From contig JBLYPW010000002.1 in the NCBI GenBank assembly GCA_048538275.1, positions 103,927 to 167,926 on the forward strand: 64,000 nucleotides of DNA, written 5' to 3'. A program made the translations under genes and the position numbers. The notes under the pieces are model-generated. The model was not told the DNA's origin. It saw nothing but the letters and a program-made list of their open reading frames with translations, and did not search any database. This DNA comes from Candidatus Komeilibacteria bacterium (GTDB taxonomy: Bacteria > Patescibacteriota > Patescibacteriia > UBA1558). This document shows positions 19,275-28,375 of this stretch, piece by piece (within the stretch, counting starts at the first letter, position 1; every line of letters begins with the position of its first letter).

Positions 19275-20027
19275 TTATTCTATTAAAAGCATGGCAAACA
19301 TCAGACCAACGCCAATACCGACCATGACAAACTGTAATAATGTTTTTTTAATGGCTATTTCCTTATGCAGCTCCGGGACCAGGTCAGAGCCAGCAATATA
19401 GATAAAACCACCAGCCGCGGTTGCTAAAGCGTATTCGGTTACGGCTGTTATGTTATGGCCGATTATGAGAGCTAGTGCAGCTCCGATAATAGCTATGCTG
19501 GCGGAGAGTAGATTGAGCCAAATAGCTTTTGTTTTACTGAAACCAGCATGTAGTAGTAGTCCAAAGTCACTAATTTCTTGAGGAATTTCATGCAAAATGA
19601 CCGTTATGGTGGTGGCTATGCCTACCGGCAAAGAAACTAAATAAGCAACGGCAATAATGATACCATCAATAAGATTATGAATGCCATCGGAAATTAAATT
19701 TAGATAACCCAGCGGTTTAATGGTCTCATGACTATGATCAGAGTGATGATAATGATGCCAATTGAGAAACTTTTCCATGATAAAAAATATACATATTCCG
19801 GCTAAAATAAAGAATGAAGACCATACGGGATGAGTAGCGTCGCTGTATATTTCTGGAATGAGGTGAATAAAAGCATCACCAAATAAGGCGCCAACAGCCA
19901 AACTGACTAGTAGCCAAATTAGAGTTTTTTGTTTTTGTTCCTTATAAAATATGGTGATGACCCCAACCAATGAGATAAGACTGACTACAATTACGCTGGT
20001 CAATGTCCAAATCCAGATAGGCGACAT
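19275..20027 (-). CDS. zupT: ZIP-family zinc transporter
   Basis: multi-TM; HEIPQEISDF and HNLIDGIIIA ZIP signatures; His-rich loop. Confidence 0.8.
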   Translation of the reverse strand: MSPIWIWTLTSVIVVSLISLVGVITIFYKEQKQKTLIWLLVSLAVGALFGDAFIHLIPEIYSDATHPVWSSFFILAGICIFFIMEKFLNWHHYHHSDHSHETIKPLGYLNLISDGIHNLIDGIIIAVAYLVSLPVGIATTITVILHEIPQEISDFGLLLHAGFSKTKAIWLNLLSASIAIIGAALALIIGHNITAVTEYALATAAGGFIYIAGSDLVPELHKEIAIKKTLLQFVMVGIGVGLMFAMLLIE

Positions 20028-20088
20028 AAATTGTTTTCTAATAATAAAAATGCTAGTATAACTATATATAATTTTTTATTTCCTGGCA

Positions 20089-20805
20089 ATGATGCAGAAA
20101 AATACAGTAAAAATAATCAAACGAGAATTAATTGCGACTAACACAATGTTGTTGACAGTGAGTAGGCCGGCCGGCTGGCAGTATCAGGCGGGTCAATTCA
20201 CCAATATTATTTTACCCAATACAGTGGTGCCGGATGATCGGGGCGGTATTCGCAGCATGTCCTTAGCTTCAGCGCCTCGCGAAACCGATTTGCTATTTTT
20301 AATGCGTATCAGTAAGAGCGGTTTTAAACAAACATTGTATCGCCAGCCGGCCGGCTGGAAATTTGATATTACTCCAGCGGTTGGTCGTTGGCTATGGCCT
20401 CAGGACAAAAAACCGGTTATTTTTTTAGTAGGAGGTATTGGCATAGCTCCGGTGCGTAGTTTATTAGTGCAAGCTAGTAAAGATAAGCAAGATAATCGTT
20501 CGTTATTTTTATTTTATGCTAATCATACACAGGACGGATCACCTTGGCTTGGTATGTGGCAAAATTGGTCGGCGGTAGATTGGCATTTTGTGCCCACTAT
20601 GACTAGGCTAGCAAAAAAAGATTCTTGGGCTGGAGAGCGAGGTTATTTTTCGGTAGACATGATTCAGAAATATTGGCGGGATGATCATCAAGCTTGGTAT
20701 TATGTGGTTGGTCCTCAGCGTTTTGTGCGTGATATGAAGCAATTATTATATAAGCTTAATATTAGTCCAGAACGTATTAAAGTGGAAGAATTTTTTGGTT
20801 ATTAA
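20089..20805 (+). CDS. FNR-like FAD/NAD(P)-binding oxidoreductase
   Basis: RSMSLAS (R-x-Y/M-S FAD motif); VIFLVGGIGIAP NAD(P) glycine-rich motif. Confidence 0.65.
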   Translation: MMQKNTVKIIKRELIATNTMLLTVSRPAGWQYQAGQFTNIILPNTVVPDDRGGIRSMSLASAPRETDLLFLMRISKSGFKQTLYRQPAGWKFDITPAVGRWLWPQDKKPVIFLVGGIGIAPVRSLLVQASKDKQDNRSLFLFYANHTQDGSPWLGMWQNWSAVDWHFVPTMTRLAKKDSWAGERGYFSVDMIQKYWRDDHQAWYYVVGPQRFVRDMKQLLYKLNISPERIKVEEFFGY

Positions 20806-20808
20806 ATT

Positions 20809-21666
20809 ATGCCTGAGTTACCAGAAGTAGAGACAATTCGCCATGATTTGCGCGCTCGTATACTTAATAAGCAGATAAAAAAAGTAGTTGTGCGTAAATC
20901 TAATATGGTAGCACCTTCGGCTGCTATTTTTAAGCGTGCTTTGTTAAATAAGAAGATAGGGGACATAGATCGTATTGGTAAATTAATGATATTTAAGCTA
21001 GACGATGGCAATTATATATTATGGCATTTAAAAATGACAGGACAGTTAATTTATCAAGGCAAGAAAGGTATTGTGGCCGGCGGGCATAGCGTGCCTACCC
21101 AAAGTCAATCCCTGCCCAATCAATTTAGCCACGTATATATTATCTTTGCTGATAATTCAGTTTTGTATTTCAATGATATGCGTCAGTTTGGCTATGCCAA
21201 GCTGGCCAATCAAGAGAGCGTTGCACAAGCGAAGAAAAAATTTGGTCCAGAGCCATTGCAATCAGATTTTACTTGGGAATATTTTAAGCAGGCTTTAGGT
21301 AAGCGTAAAACCAGCATTAAGGCAGTCTTGTTGAATCAGCAATTAATAGCCGGCATTGGCAATATTTATGCTGATGAAATATGTTTTCAGGCCAAGGTGC
21401 GACCAGGTAATAAAGTTTATCGCTTATCACTGGCACAAAAAATGGCATTGTTTCAAGCTTGCAATACTATTATTAGTAAGGGTATTAAATATCGGGGCAC
21501 TACTTTGGCTGATTTTGTAGATGCAGATGGTAAGAGCGGTTTGATGGCAAGGCACTTGAAAGTTTTCGCTAGGCAGGGAAAAAAATGTTACCGTTGTGGA
21601 GAAGTTATTAAGAAAATACGCGTGGCGGGCAGGGGGACGCATTTTTGTCCTAATTGTCAGCTATAA
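20809..21666 (+). CDS. mutM: formamidopyrimidine-DNA glycosylase
   Basis: N-terminal MPELPEVE; C-terminal zinc finger CYRCG...CPNCQ. Confidence 0.9.
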   Translation: MPELPEVETIRHDLRARILNKQIKKVVVRKSNMVAPSAAIFKRALLNKKIGDIDRIGKLMIFKLDDGNYILWHLKMTGQLIYQGKKGIVAGGHSVPTQSQSLPNQFSHVYIIFADNSVLYFNDMRQFGYAKLANQESVAQAKKKFGPEPLQSDFTWEYFKQALGKRKTSIKAVLLNQQLIAGIGNIYADEICFQAKVRPGNKVYRLSLAQKMALFQACNTIISKGIKYRGTTLADFVDADGKSGLMARHLKVFARQGKKCYRCGEVIKKIRVAGRGTHFCPNCQL

Positions 21667-21762
21667 TTTTTTTAAAAAAAATAGATTGACCGGGTAGTTG
21701 TATGTTTATTTGACAGCTATTTTTTTATACTATATACTTATTAGTAATTATTCCTATTAATT

Positions 21763-22158
21763 ATGCAGCATATAAAACAGCAAATGAATCAAAAAGGGGA
21801 GCGTTTGACCCGCCAGCGGCGAGAAATATTGAGTTGGCTGCGCTCAGTAAAGACTCATCCTAGTGCTGAAGAAGTATATCAAGCAGTGAGTTTGAATATA
21901 AAGAATATTAGTCGGGGCACGGTTTATCGTAATTTAAATTATCTTGTTGATCGTGGCTTGGCGCGGGTAGTAAAAAATGATGATAATAAATATAGATTTG
22001 ATGGCAATGTAACGATGCATGATCATTTTATTTGCCAATCCTGTGGCCGCATCTTTGATATTCACACTACCGCCACGCACCATAGAAAAAAATTATCTTA
22101 TGGTAAAGTAAAAGAAAGAGAAGTGTTTTATTATGGCTTGTGTAAAAAATGCTATTAA
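21763..22158 (+). CDS. Fur-family metalloregulator (PerR-like by context)
   Basis: RLTRQRREIL DNA-binding helix; HDH; CxxC pairs; adjacent to rubredoxin/Prx/SOD genes. Confidence 0.75.
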   Translation: MQHIKQQMNQKGERLTRQRREILSWLRSVKTHPSAEEVYQAVSLNIKNISRGTVYRNLNYLVDRGLARVVKNDDNKYRFDGNVTMHDHFICQSCGRIFDIHTTATHHRKKLSYGKVKEREVFYYGLCKKCY

Positions 22159-22167
22159 TCATTAACA

Positions 22168-22362
22168 GTGTCTATTATGGCGAGTACAAGTAAAAAATAT
22201 ATTTGTAAAGCTTGTGGTTATATTTATGATCCGGAGAAAGGTGATCCGGATAGCGGTATAGCGCCAGGTACTTATTTTTCCGAAATACCTGATGATTGGG
22301 TCTGTCCTGATTGTGGGGTGTCTAAGGATATGTTTGAGCCTTATATTGAAGGCGAATACTAA
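22168..22362 (+). CDS. rubredoxin
   Basis: [10 protein letters not shown]...WVCPDCG two CxxCG knuckles. Confidence 0.9.
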   Translation: MSIMASTSKKYICKACGYIYDPEKGDPDSGIAPGTYFSEIPDDWVCPDCGVSKDMFEPYIEGEY

Positions 22363-22401
22363 TGAATTTAAATATTTTTCTAATTATTAAATAAAATAAC
22401 T

Positions 22402-22998
22402 ATGGAAGAAAAAAAAGCAGATCAAATAGTCAGACCAGCTTTGATTGGTCAAAAGTTACCTGATTATGAGTTTGAAATATATCATAATGATCAGGTGAAA
22501 AAAGTAAACTTTTCTGATTTTAAGGGTAAGTGGTTAATTTTGTTTTTTTATCCAGCAGATTTTACTTTTGTATGTCCCACTGAATTGGAAGATATGGCTG
22601 ATACTTATGACGAATTTAAGAAAATGGACGCCGAAGTGATTAGTTTTTCTACTGATACGGTCTTTGTGCATAAAGCTTGGCATGATAATTCTAAGGCAAT
22701 TGCCAAGATTCAGTTTCCAATGGCCGCCGATCCTACCGGCAAAGTATGCAAAGCCTTGGGTACTTATATCCAAGATGAAGGCGTTGCTTTGCGAGGTAGT
22801 TTTATAGTGGATCCGGATGGCGAGATTAAGGCTTATGAGATCCATGATAATAATATTGGTCGTAGTGCCAAGGAGTTATTGCGTAAGTTGCAAGCCGCTG
22901 ATTTTGTTCGCCAACATGGTGGTGAGGTTTGCCCGGCTAATTGGAAACCGGGTGAGAAAACTTTGCAACCGGGCTTGGATTTGGTAGGTAAAATTTAA
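22402..22998 (+). CDS. peroxiredoxin (AhpC/Prx1-type 2-Cys)
   Basis: FTFVCPTEL peroxidatic Cys motif; C-terminal resolving Cys (EVCPANW). Confidence 0.85.
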   Translation: MEEKKADQIVRPALIGQKLPDYEFEIYHNDQVKKVNFSDFKGKWLILFFYPADFTFVCPTELEDMADTYDEFKKMDAEVISFSTDTVFVHKAWHDNSKAIAKIQFPMAADPTGKVCKALGTYIQDEGVALRGSFIVDPDGEIKAYEIHDNNIGRSAKELLRKLQAADFVRQHGGEVCPANWKPGEKTLQPGLDLVGKI

Positions 22999-23037
22999 GA
23001 GAGTCAATACTGGTCTAATAATTAACTTATAAAATTT

Positions 23038-23619
23038 ATGGCTTATGAAGTAAAAGATTTTTCTAGCTTGTTGGGCACGACCGGTTTTTCTGATGATTTG
23101 TTGAATACGCATTTTAAGCTTTATCAGGGATATGTAGCCAATACCAATAAATTGGTGGATAAATTAACCGCTATGTCTGGCGATGATATTCAGTCACCAG
23201 AATACGCTGAGTTAAAAAGACGTTTTGGTTGGGAGTTTAATGGTATGCGTTTGCACGAATATTATTTTGCCAACATGTCTAAAGAAGTTTCAATTTTGCA
23301 GGAAGATGGAGCTTTGCATAAGCAGATTGTTCAAGATTTTGGTTCCTATGATCAATGGCTAGCTGACTTTAAAGGCACCGGCTCTTTACGGGGGATTGGT
23401 TGGTCAATTTTGAGTTATGATCCAATCGGTAAACGTTTATTTAATACTTGGATCAATGAGCACGATTTAGGCCATCTAGCTGGCGCACAACCGATCTTAG
23501 TAATGGATGTTTTTGAGCATGCTTTTGTCTTGGACTATGGTATGCAACGCGCTCAGTATATAGACGCTTTTGTAGCTGCAATAAATTGGCAAGAAGCAGA
23601 ACGCAGATTTACTGCATAG
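23038..23619 (+). CDS. sodA: Fe/Mn superoxide dismutase
   Basis: H...H N-terminal metal ligands; DVFEHAFVLDY C-terminal motif. Confidence 0.8.
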   Translation: MAYEVKDFSSLLGTTGFSDDLLNTHFKLYQGYVANTNKLVDKLTAMSGDDIQSPEYAELKRRFGWEFNGMRLHEYYFANMSKEVSILQEDGALHKQIVQDFGSYDQWLADFKGTGSLRGIGWSILSYDPIGKRLFNTWINEHDLGHLAGAQPILVMDVFEHAFVLDYGMQRAQYIDAFVAAINWQEAERRFTA

Positions 23620-23650
23620 GTTGAAATTATTTACAACTTGTTTTAATTTG

Positions 23651-23692
23651 GTCAACCCAGCCGAGTGTGACTCGGCTGGGTTGACATTTGTT
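23651..23692 (+). terminator. intrinsic terminator after sodA
   Basis: perfect 16-bp stem gtcaacccagccgagt-gtg-actcggctgggttgac followed by atttgtt. Confidence 0.7.
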
Positions 23693-23769
23693 AGGTTATG
23701 TATTATATTACGAAAGTATAAATTGGCTAGTCGCATTTATTTTCCTATTATTGATAATAGTAAAGATGC

Positions 23770-23846
23770 GCCAGCGTAGCTCAGGTTGGTAGAGCATCGG
23801 TTTTGTAAACCGCAGGTCAGGGGTTCAAGTCCTCTCGCTGGCTCCA
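23770..23846 (+). tRNA. tRNA-Thr (anticodon TGT)
   Basis: acceptor GCCAGCG/CGCTGGC; loop UUUGUAA; T-loop TTCAAGT; one mismatch at the 27-43 pair. Confidence 0.75.
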
Positions 23847-23891
23847 CAAGTTTATATATTTTAGAATCTTAATTTATTAACTAGCAAAGTT

Positions 23892-24047
23892 ATGTCACAG
23901 GACAACATGATTAAACTGGAATGCACCGAGTGCAAACGGATCAATTATCATAGTCATAAAAACAAAAAGGTGATAAAAGACCGCTTGGAAATCAAGAAGC
24001 ACTGCCCGCATTGTCGTAAGCACACTACTCATAAAGAAACTAAGTAA
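23892..24047 (+). CDS. rpmG: 50S ribosomal protein L33
   Basis: [51 protein letters not shown]; below the ORF-track length cutoff, found by reading the sequence. Confidence 0.85.
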   Translation: MSQDNMIKLECTECKRINYHSHKNKKVIKDRLEIKKHCPHCRKHTTHKETK

Positions 24048-24053
24048 AAATAT

Positions 24054-24470
24054 ATGAAGAAGATTTTTCTTCTCGCTATTATATTATTAATCGTAAATTA
24101 TTTTTACGGTGATCGCATTGATACTTGGTGGCAAGGTTGGCGTAGTGGCGCCAAGGTGCAAGAATTAGGTAGTCAAGCCTGGCAACAAGTGCAGGGTGAG
24201 GCTAGTCAGTATAGTGCCGATCAACTAAGACAAGCAGCCGCTAATCTACCAGATGATATAAAATTGCAGATTGATAATTGGCTTCTGTCTCAAGATCTAA
24301 ATCAGTATGGTGATCCGCAGGATACTGTTTATACTGGTGGGACACCTACTTTTGATGAGGCGACCGGTCAAACAACGGATCGTTTTCAGCTTATATTGCA
24401 AAAGTTTCCTGATTTGATTGATCAGTTTCAATTATCATGGGATCAGCTTATTCAGCCCGCCGAAGAGTAA
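24054..24470 (+). CDS. hypothetical membrane-anchored/secreted protein
   Basis: hydrophobic N-terminus, Gln/Asp-rich remainder. Confidence 0.45.
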   Translation: MKKIFLLAIILLIVNYFYGDRIDTWWQGWRSGAKVQELGSQAWQQVQGEASQYSADQLRQAAANLPDDIKLQIDNWLLSQDLNQYGDPQDTVYTGGTPTFDEATGQTTDRFQLILQKFPDLIDQFQLSWDQLIQPAEE

Positions 24471-24482
24471 TTGTATTATCAT

Positions 24483-24556
24483 GGGGGCGTCGTATAGTGG
24501 TAGTACAGGGGTCTCCAAAACCTCTAGCGTGGGTTCGATTCCTACCGCCCCTGCCA
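24483..24556 (+). tRNA. tRNA-Trp (anticodon CCA)
   Basis: acceptor GGGGGCG/CGCCCCT; loop CUCCAAA; T-loop TTCGATT; short D-loop. Confidence 0.8.
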
Positions 24557-24689
24557 TTTCATTATAGCTTGAACTCGCCGATTCATCTCGCCTTTGGCGC
24601 GATTACTCTTGACTCGTTCGACTATTCCTTTTTTTCTCATTCATTTAACCCTTCGGGTCCAAGTGAATTCGAAGTTAAATATATTAGAC

Positions 24690-25020
24690 CGTTAAGGTCT
24701 TTTTTAATTGGTCAGGAAACCCCGCACGAGCCCCCAGCGAGTGCGGGGATGAATGACTCCTCTCTTAACACGAACCGAAGGGTCGTGTTAAGCTATAACC
24801 ATGAGAATCCGAGCTCTAAATCATTCCACCTATCAACACCAATATCATATAGTTTGGGGAACAAAGTATCGCCGGAAATTTTTGAAAGAGTATGTTAAGC
24901 CAGAAGGATACACCGCAAACAACTACGTTCGGATTCTAATGAAACGAAAGGAAACCCCGCCTGAAAAAAGACTACCTTTGGGTAGTCTTTTTGAGCGCGG
25001 GGAGGATGTCATTTGTTTTA
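24690..25020 (+). mobile_element. decayed IS200/IS605-like remnant: two GGAAACCCCGC...GCGGGG subterminal-type hairpins bracketing a truncated Y1-transposase (TnpA) N-terminal fragment
   Basis: hairpins at about 24700-24746 and 24952-25009 share the 12-mer AGGAAACCCCGC; ORF 24801-25025 begins HSTYQHQYHIVWGTKYRRKFL like IS200 TnpA but lacks the HuH region. Confidence 0.55.
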
Positions 25021-25025
25021 GATAG
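24801..25025 (+). pseudogene. truncated IS200/IS605 TnpA (Y1 transposase) fragment
   Basis: YHIVWGTKYRRKFL matches the TnpA N-terminal beta-strand; the HuH motif is absent. Confidence 0.5.
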
Positions 25026-25108
25026 CTATATTACTATTTTAAAAAACATTGTTGTTTGTCAGTATTTTGTGAGATAATGAATATAGCCAATATTATCAAG
25101 TTTTTTTT

Positions 25109-26992
25109 ATGAATAAAAGGATAAGTTGTATTATTTTAGCTTGCGATTCACACATTACTAAAGGTTTTTCTATTTTTCACAGTTTGTTATCTGTTGTACG
25201 ACAGGATTATCTAAATGTTGAGATTATTATTGTGGAAAATAGTCATAGTAAACCTTCTTATGTAAAAGAGTTAAAGAGGAAGTTCTGCAAGTGGAATGAA
25301 TCAAATAAGGGTAAAATGACTTTAAAATTTATTAATAATACAAAGTCGCTAAGTCGTGGGGCGGCGCGTAATATTGGATTAGAATTTGCAACTGGGAATA
25401 TTATAATTTTTTTAGATGATGATACTATTCTTTTGGGACGAAATTATTTTTCTAAAATAATTAAGTTGTCTAGTAGATATGATTATGGCTATGGGGCGAA
25501 TCGTTATTGGACTTCGAATAAAATGTTTCAGAAAAAACATAGGATATTGTTAAAATTGTTTGAAAATAATGAAATTATCCAGTTAAGATCAATGGTTTCT
25601 TCTCCGTCAGTGGAGGGAAGACAGGATGATGATTCTGCTCATTATTTGAGTAAAACATTTATTGGTAATTTTGGGTTTGTTAAAGCTAATTTAATTAAAA
25701 AGGTGGGAGGATTTCCTAATTTTAATGGGTATGGATATGAAGATGATTTTTTGATGTTTAAATTATATAAATCGTATGCAAAAATGGTCATATTAGACGA
25801 CATGGAAGTTATCCATGTAAATCATAAGGTGTGTGAAAGCGGCAGGGAAAATTTTATACTTTATTTTAAAGAGTTAGTTCGTAGCGGATTTTATGGGTTT
25901 AATATTATTAAAACGCTTATTAGCGGCCACAAAAGAGAAGAAGTGTTGGAGCCTTTAAAAGTTTTACATTTTGATAGTCGGGTGGAAAGTATGTTTGAAA
26001 AATATAGGAGCTTACTACCTATCAATTTATATAATTCTACTATTAAACAGAAACAGTACTGTAAAGATAATTATATTTTGTCAAAGTTACGGTTTGTACA
26101 ACTATTATTTAAATTGGAGAATTCTCCTAGTATTGATGATTTTATTTCTAATAGTAGTGCAGATTTTGATAATTTGGCTAATATCATATCTATTGCCTTA
26201 GATTTTGATTTCATCAAGATGAATGGTGATTCTAAAATTACTTATACTTTTGGTTTTCAGTACACAAGTTTATTCTTAGCTAATTCACACGTTGATCCAA
26301 AATTAATTCCAAAAAATTCATTGAATCAATTTCCGTGTAATATGCAATCAAGGCGAAGGCGGTACAATTTTATTAAAGAGAGATATCCATATGTTGAATA
26401 CTTAAAGTTTGCTATAATAGGGGATGATGATTTTTTAAGTTTGGAATTTATTAATGATTATTGGGCGTGGCCAGTGATTATTGAAAAGGATAGTAGGATA
26501 ACTAGATTGTTAAGGAGTGTAAGTGATAGGTTTATGGTTTATGATCTGGATGTTGCAGATAATGACTCATTGAAAAAATTATCTAAAGTTCAAACCTTTA
26601 TTACAGATCCTCCTTATACTCTTGATGGGGCACTGGCTTTTATTTTCTTCGGTTTGTCTATGTTGGTTAATAGTGATGATATAAAAGAGTTTTACGTTAT
26701 TTTAAATCCAGCTATGATGGGAAGGAAGCTATTTCGTTTGCAGAAAATTCTTGCCAATGCTAATATTATTTTAGTAGATGTTATTAATAACTTTAGTCAA
26801 TATAATTTACCTACTAATTATGTTGAGAATAAACGCGCAGGAAAGTTTTCTGTTCAACATGGTATTAAGAAGAATAGTATTAAAACAAGCTCCTCATCAA
26901 ATATGTACATTTTTTCGACAGTTACGCCTGACTTGCAAGAGGTGAGAAGAAATATTAATTATAATAAAATGTATAATCATTATGATAACTAA
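25109..26992 (+). CDS. bifunctional-looking protein: N-terminal GT2 glycosyltransferase fused to a C-terminal class-I methyltransferase/aminopropyltransferase-like domain (GDDD...DPPY)
   Basis: GT2 motifs: VVENSHS, FLDDDTIL (DxD), GYGYEDDFLMF. C-terminal motifs: IIGDDDFLSLEF, MVYDLDVAD, FITDPPYT. Markedly AT-richer than flanking genes. Confidence 0.65.
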   Translation: MNKRISCIILACDSHITKGFSIFHSLLSVVRQDYLNVEIIIVENSHSKPSYVKELKRKFCKWNESNKGKMTLKFINNTKSLSRGAARNIGLEFATGNIIIFLDDDTILLGRNYFSKIIKLSSRYDYGYGANRYWTSNKMFQKKHRILLKLFENNEIIQLRSMVSSPSVEGRQDDDSAHYLSKTFIGNFGFVKANLIKKVGGFPNFNGYGYEDDFLMFKLYKSYAKMVILDDMEVIHVNHKVCESGRENFILYFKELVRSGFYGFNIIKTLISGHKREEVLEPLKVLHFDSRVESMFEKYRSLLPINLYNSTIKQKQYCKDNYILSKLRFVQLLFKLENSPSIDDFISNSSADFDNLANIISIALDFDFIKMNGDSKITYTFGFQYTSLFLANSHVDPKLIPKNSLNQFPCNMQSRRRRYNFIKERYPYVEYLKFAIIGDDDFLSLEFINDYWAWPVIIEKDSRITRLLRSVSDRFMVYDLDVADNDSLKKLSKVQTFITDPPYTLDGALAFIFFGLSMLVNSDDIKEFYVILNPAMMGRKLFRLQKILANANIILVDVINNFSQYNLPTNYVENKRAGKFSVQHGIKKNSIKTSSSSNMYIFSTVTPDLQEVRRNINYNKMYNHYDN

Positions 26993-28370
26993 ACATAAGC
27001 TTAAGCCAAATGATATTACTTTCTTAAATGAAAGTGATGTTTTATATTCTTTGGATTTTAGAGTATTGAGTGAAAATATAGACTATAAGATACCAACTAT
27101 GTGGAAATATGAAAATATATTACCATGGATACTTTCTGGTAGAAATGTTGTTGTTAATGAAAATTATACTGCCTTAGAGTATCCAAATAAAAATTCATTT
27201 GTTGTTACAAAGAAAACAAAAGATCCAAGAGTATCAATCTATGAAAGAATGTCAAAAGGATTAATGGGGGATAATATAAAAAAATTATGGGTAGCTGTGC
27301 CACATCCTGATGCTGATATTTTTTGTAAGGAAAATAAATTAAAAATTAACTATAATTATGATTCTTATCTCAAGTATAATAATAAAATCGAGCAAAAGAA
27401 ATTACTAGGTAATGCGAGCCCTAATTGGAAACTTATTTCGTCCTTTGATGAAATTAAAGGATTACAAAAAAAATATACAACAGGTTATATTAAGAGAAAG
27501 TTTGGATCGGGTGGCTATACGGTTTTTGAATTAAATAAATTGGATCATAATTTTTCTAAATTATTTAAAGAGTCATCAAATGAATGGTATTTTGAAGAGG
27601 AGGTTAAAGGAAAGGCTTATAGTATTCAATGCGTTAAGGATGGTAAAAATGTAACAGTTTTTGGATTCTCAGAACAAATTATTGAAGGACATAAGTTTTA
27701 TTCTGGTTCTAAGATTTTATCTCTTGATTTACTTAATATAAAGCTTTTTAACCAAGTTAAAAAAGCTTTAAGTAGATTTGGTGAATTTTTAGCTGACTAT
27801 AATGGTTTATTTGGCTTAGATTTTATTATTGATAAAAATAATAAAGTTTTTATTTTAGAGGCAAATATTAGGATAACTGCAGTGACAATTTCTACTTTAT
27901 TATTTAATATGGTGGGTGCAGAATCAGCTCTATTTAGGGAAGATGTAAAGAATGATAATATGGCTAAAGATGATGTGGTTCTCACATGCGAAGTTGACAA
28001 TATGAAGGACGTCCTTAGTTTTAATTCAGTTAAAGGTGTTTTAGGAATGAGCATCTATGTAGATTTTAAAAATTGCTTAGTCAACGTAAAAAGAATGGAT
28101 GATAAAGTTGCTAGAGAAATATCTGAAATTGTTAATATGATAATTAGCAATGTAGAAAAGATAGACTATCATAATTTTTGGCCGTACGGTTGGACATTGT
28201 CATTAATACTATCTAATTCACATTGCGTTATGAGTAGTTGGTATTTAGAGAAAAGAGTCTTGGTTGATGTTTTTAGTTGTAATTTAGATTATGATCAGAA
28301 ACTATTTATTAAGAAAATGTCTGATTATTTTAAGTCTAAAAATAATAAATTTAAAGTAGAATTAAGATAA
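26982..28370 (+). CDS. ATP-grasp family ligase
   Basis: C-terminal ATP-grasp signature GLFGLDFIID...NKVFILEANIR; start overlaps the upstream gene by 11 nt. Confidence 0.65.
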   Translation: MITKHKLKPNDITFLNESDVLYSLDFRVLSENIDYKIPTMWKYENILPWILSGRNVVVNENYTALEYPNKNSFVVTKKTKDPRVSIYERMSKGLMGDNIKKLWVAVPHPDADIFCKENKLKINYNYDSYLKYNNKIEQKKLLGNASPNWKLISSFDEIKGLQKKYTTGYIKRKFGSGGYTVFELNKLDHNFSKLFKESSNEWYFEEEVKGKAYSIQCVKDGKNVTVFGFSEQIIEGHKFYSGSKILSLDLLNIKLFNQVKKALSRFGEFLADYNGLFGLDFIIDKNNKVFILEANIRITAVTISTLLFNMVGAESALFREDVKNDNMAKDDVVLTCEVDNMKDVLSFNSVKGVLGMSIYVDFKNCLVNVKRMDDKVAREISEIVNMIISNVEKIDYHNFWPYGWTLSLILSNSHCVMSSWYLEKRVLVDVFSCNLDYDQKLFIKKMSDYFKSKNNKFKVELR

Positions 28371-28375
28371 ATAGT

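Noticed and set aside
24437-24898. 153-aa ORF spanning tRNA-Trp and the IS remnant
   Set aside because: It reads straight through a confidently folded tRNA and GC hairpins. It is composition-driven (Pro/Ser-rich) and spurious.
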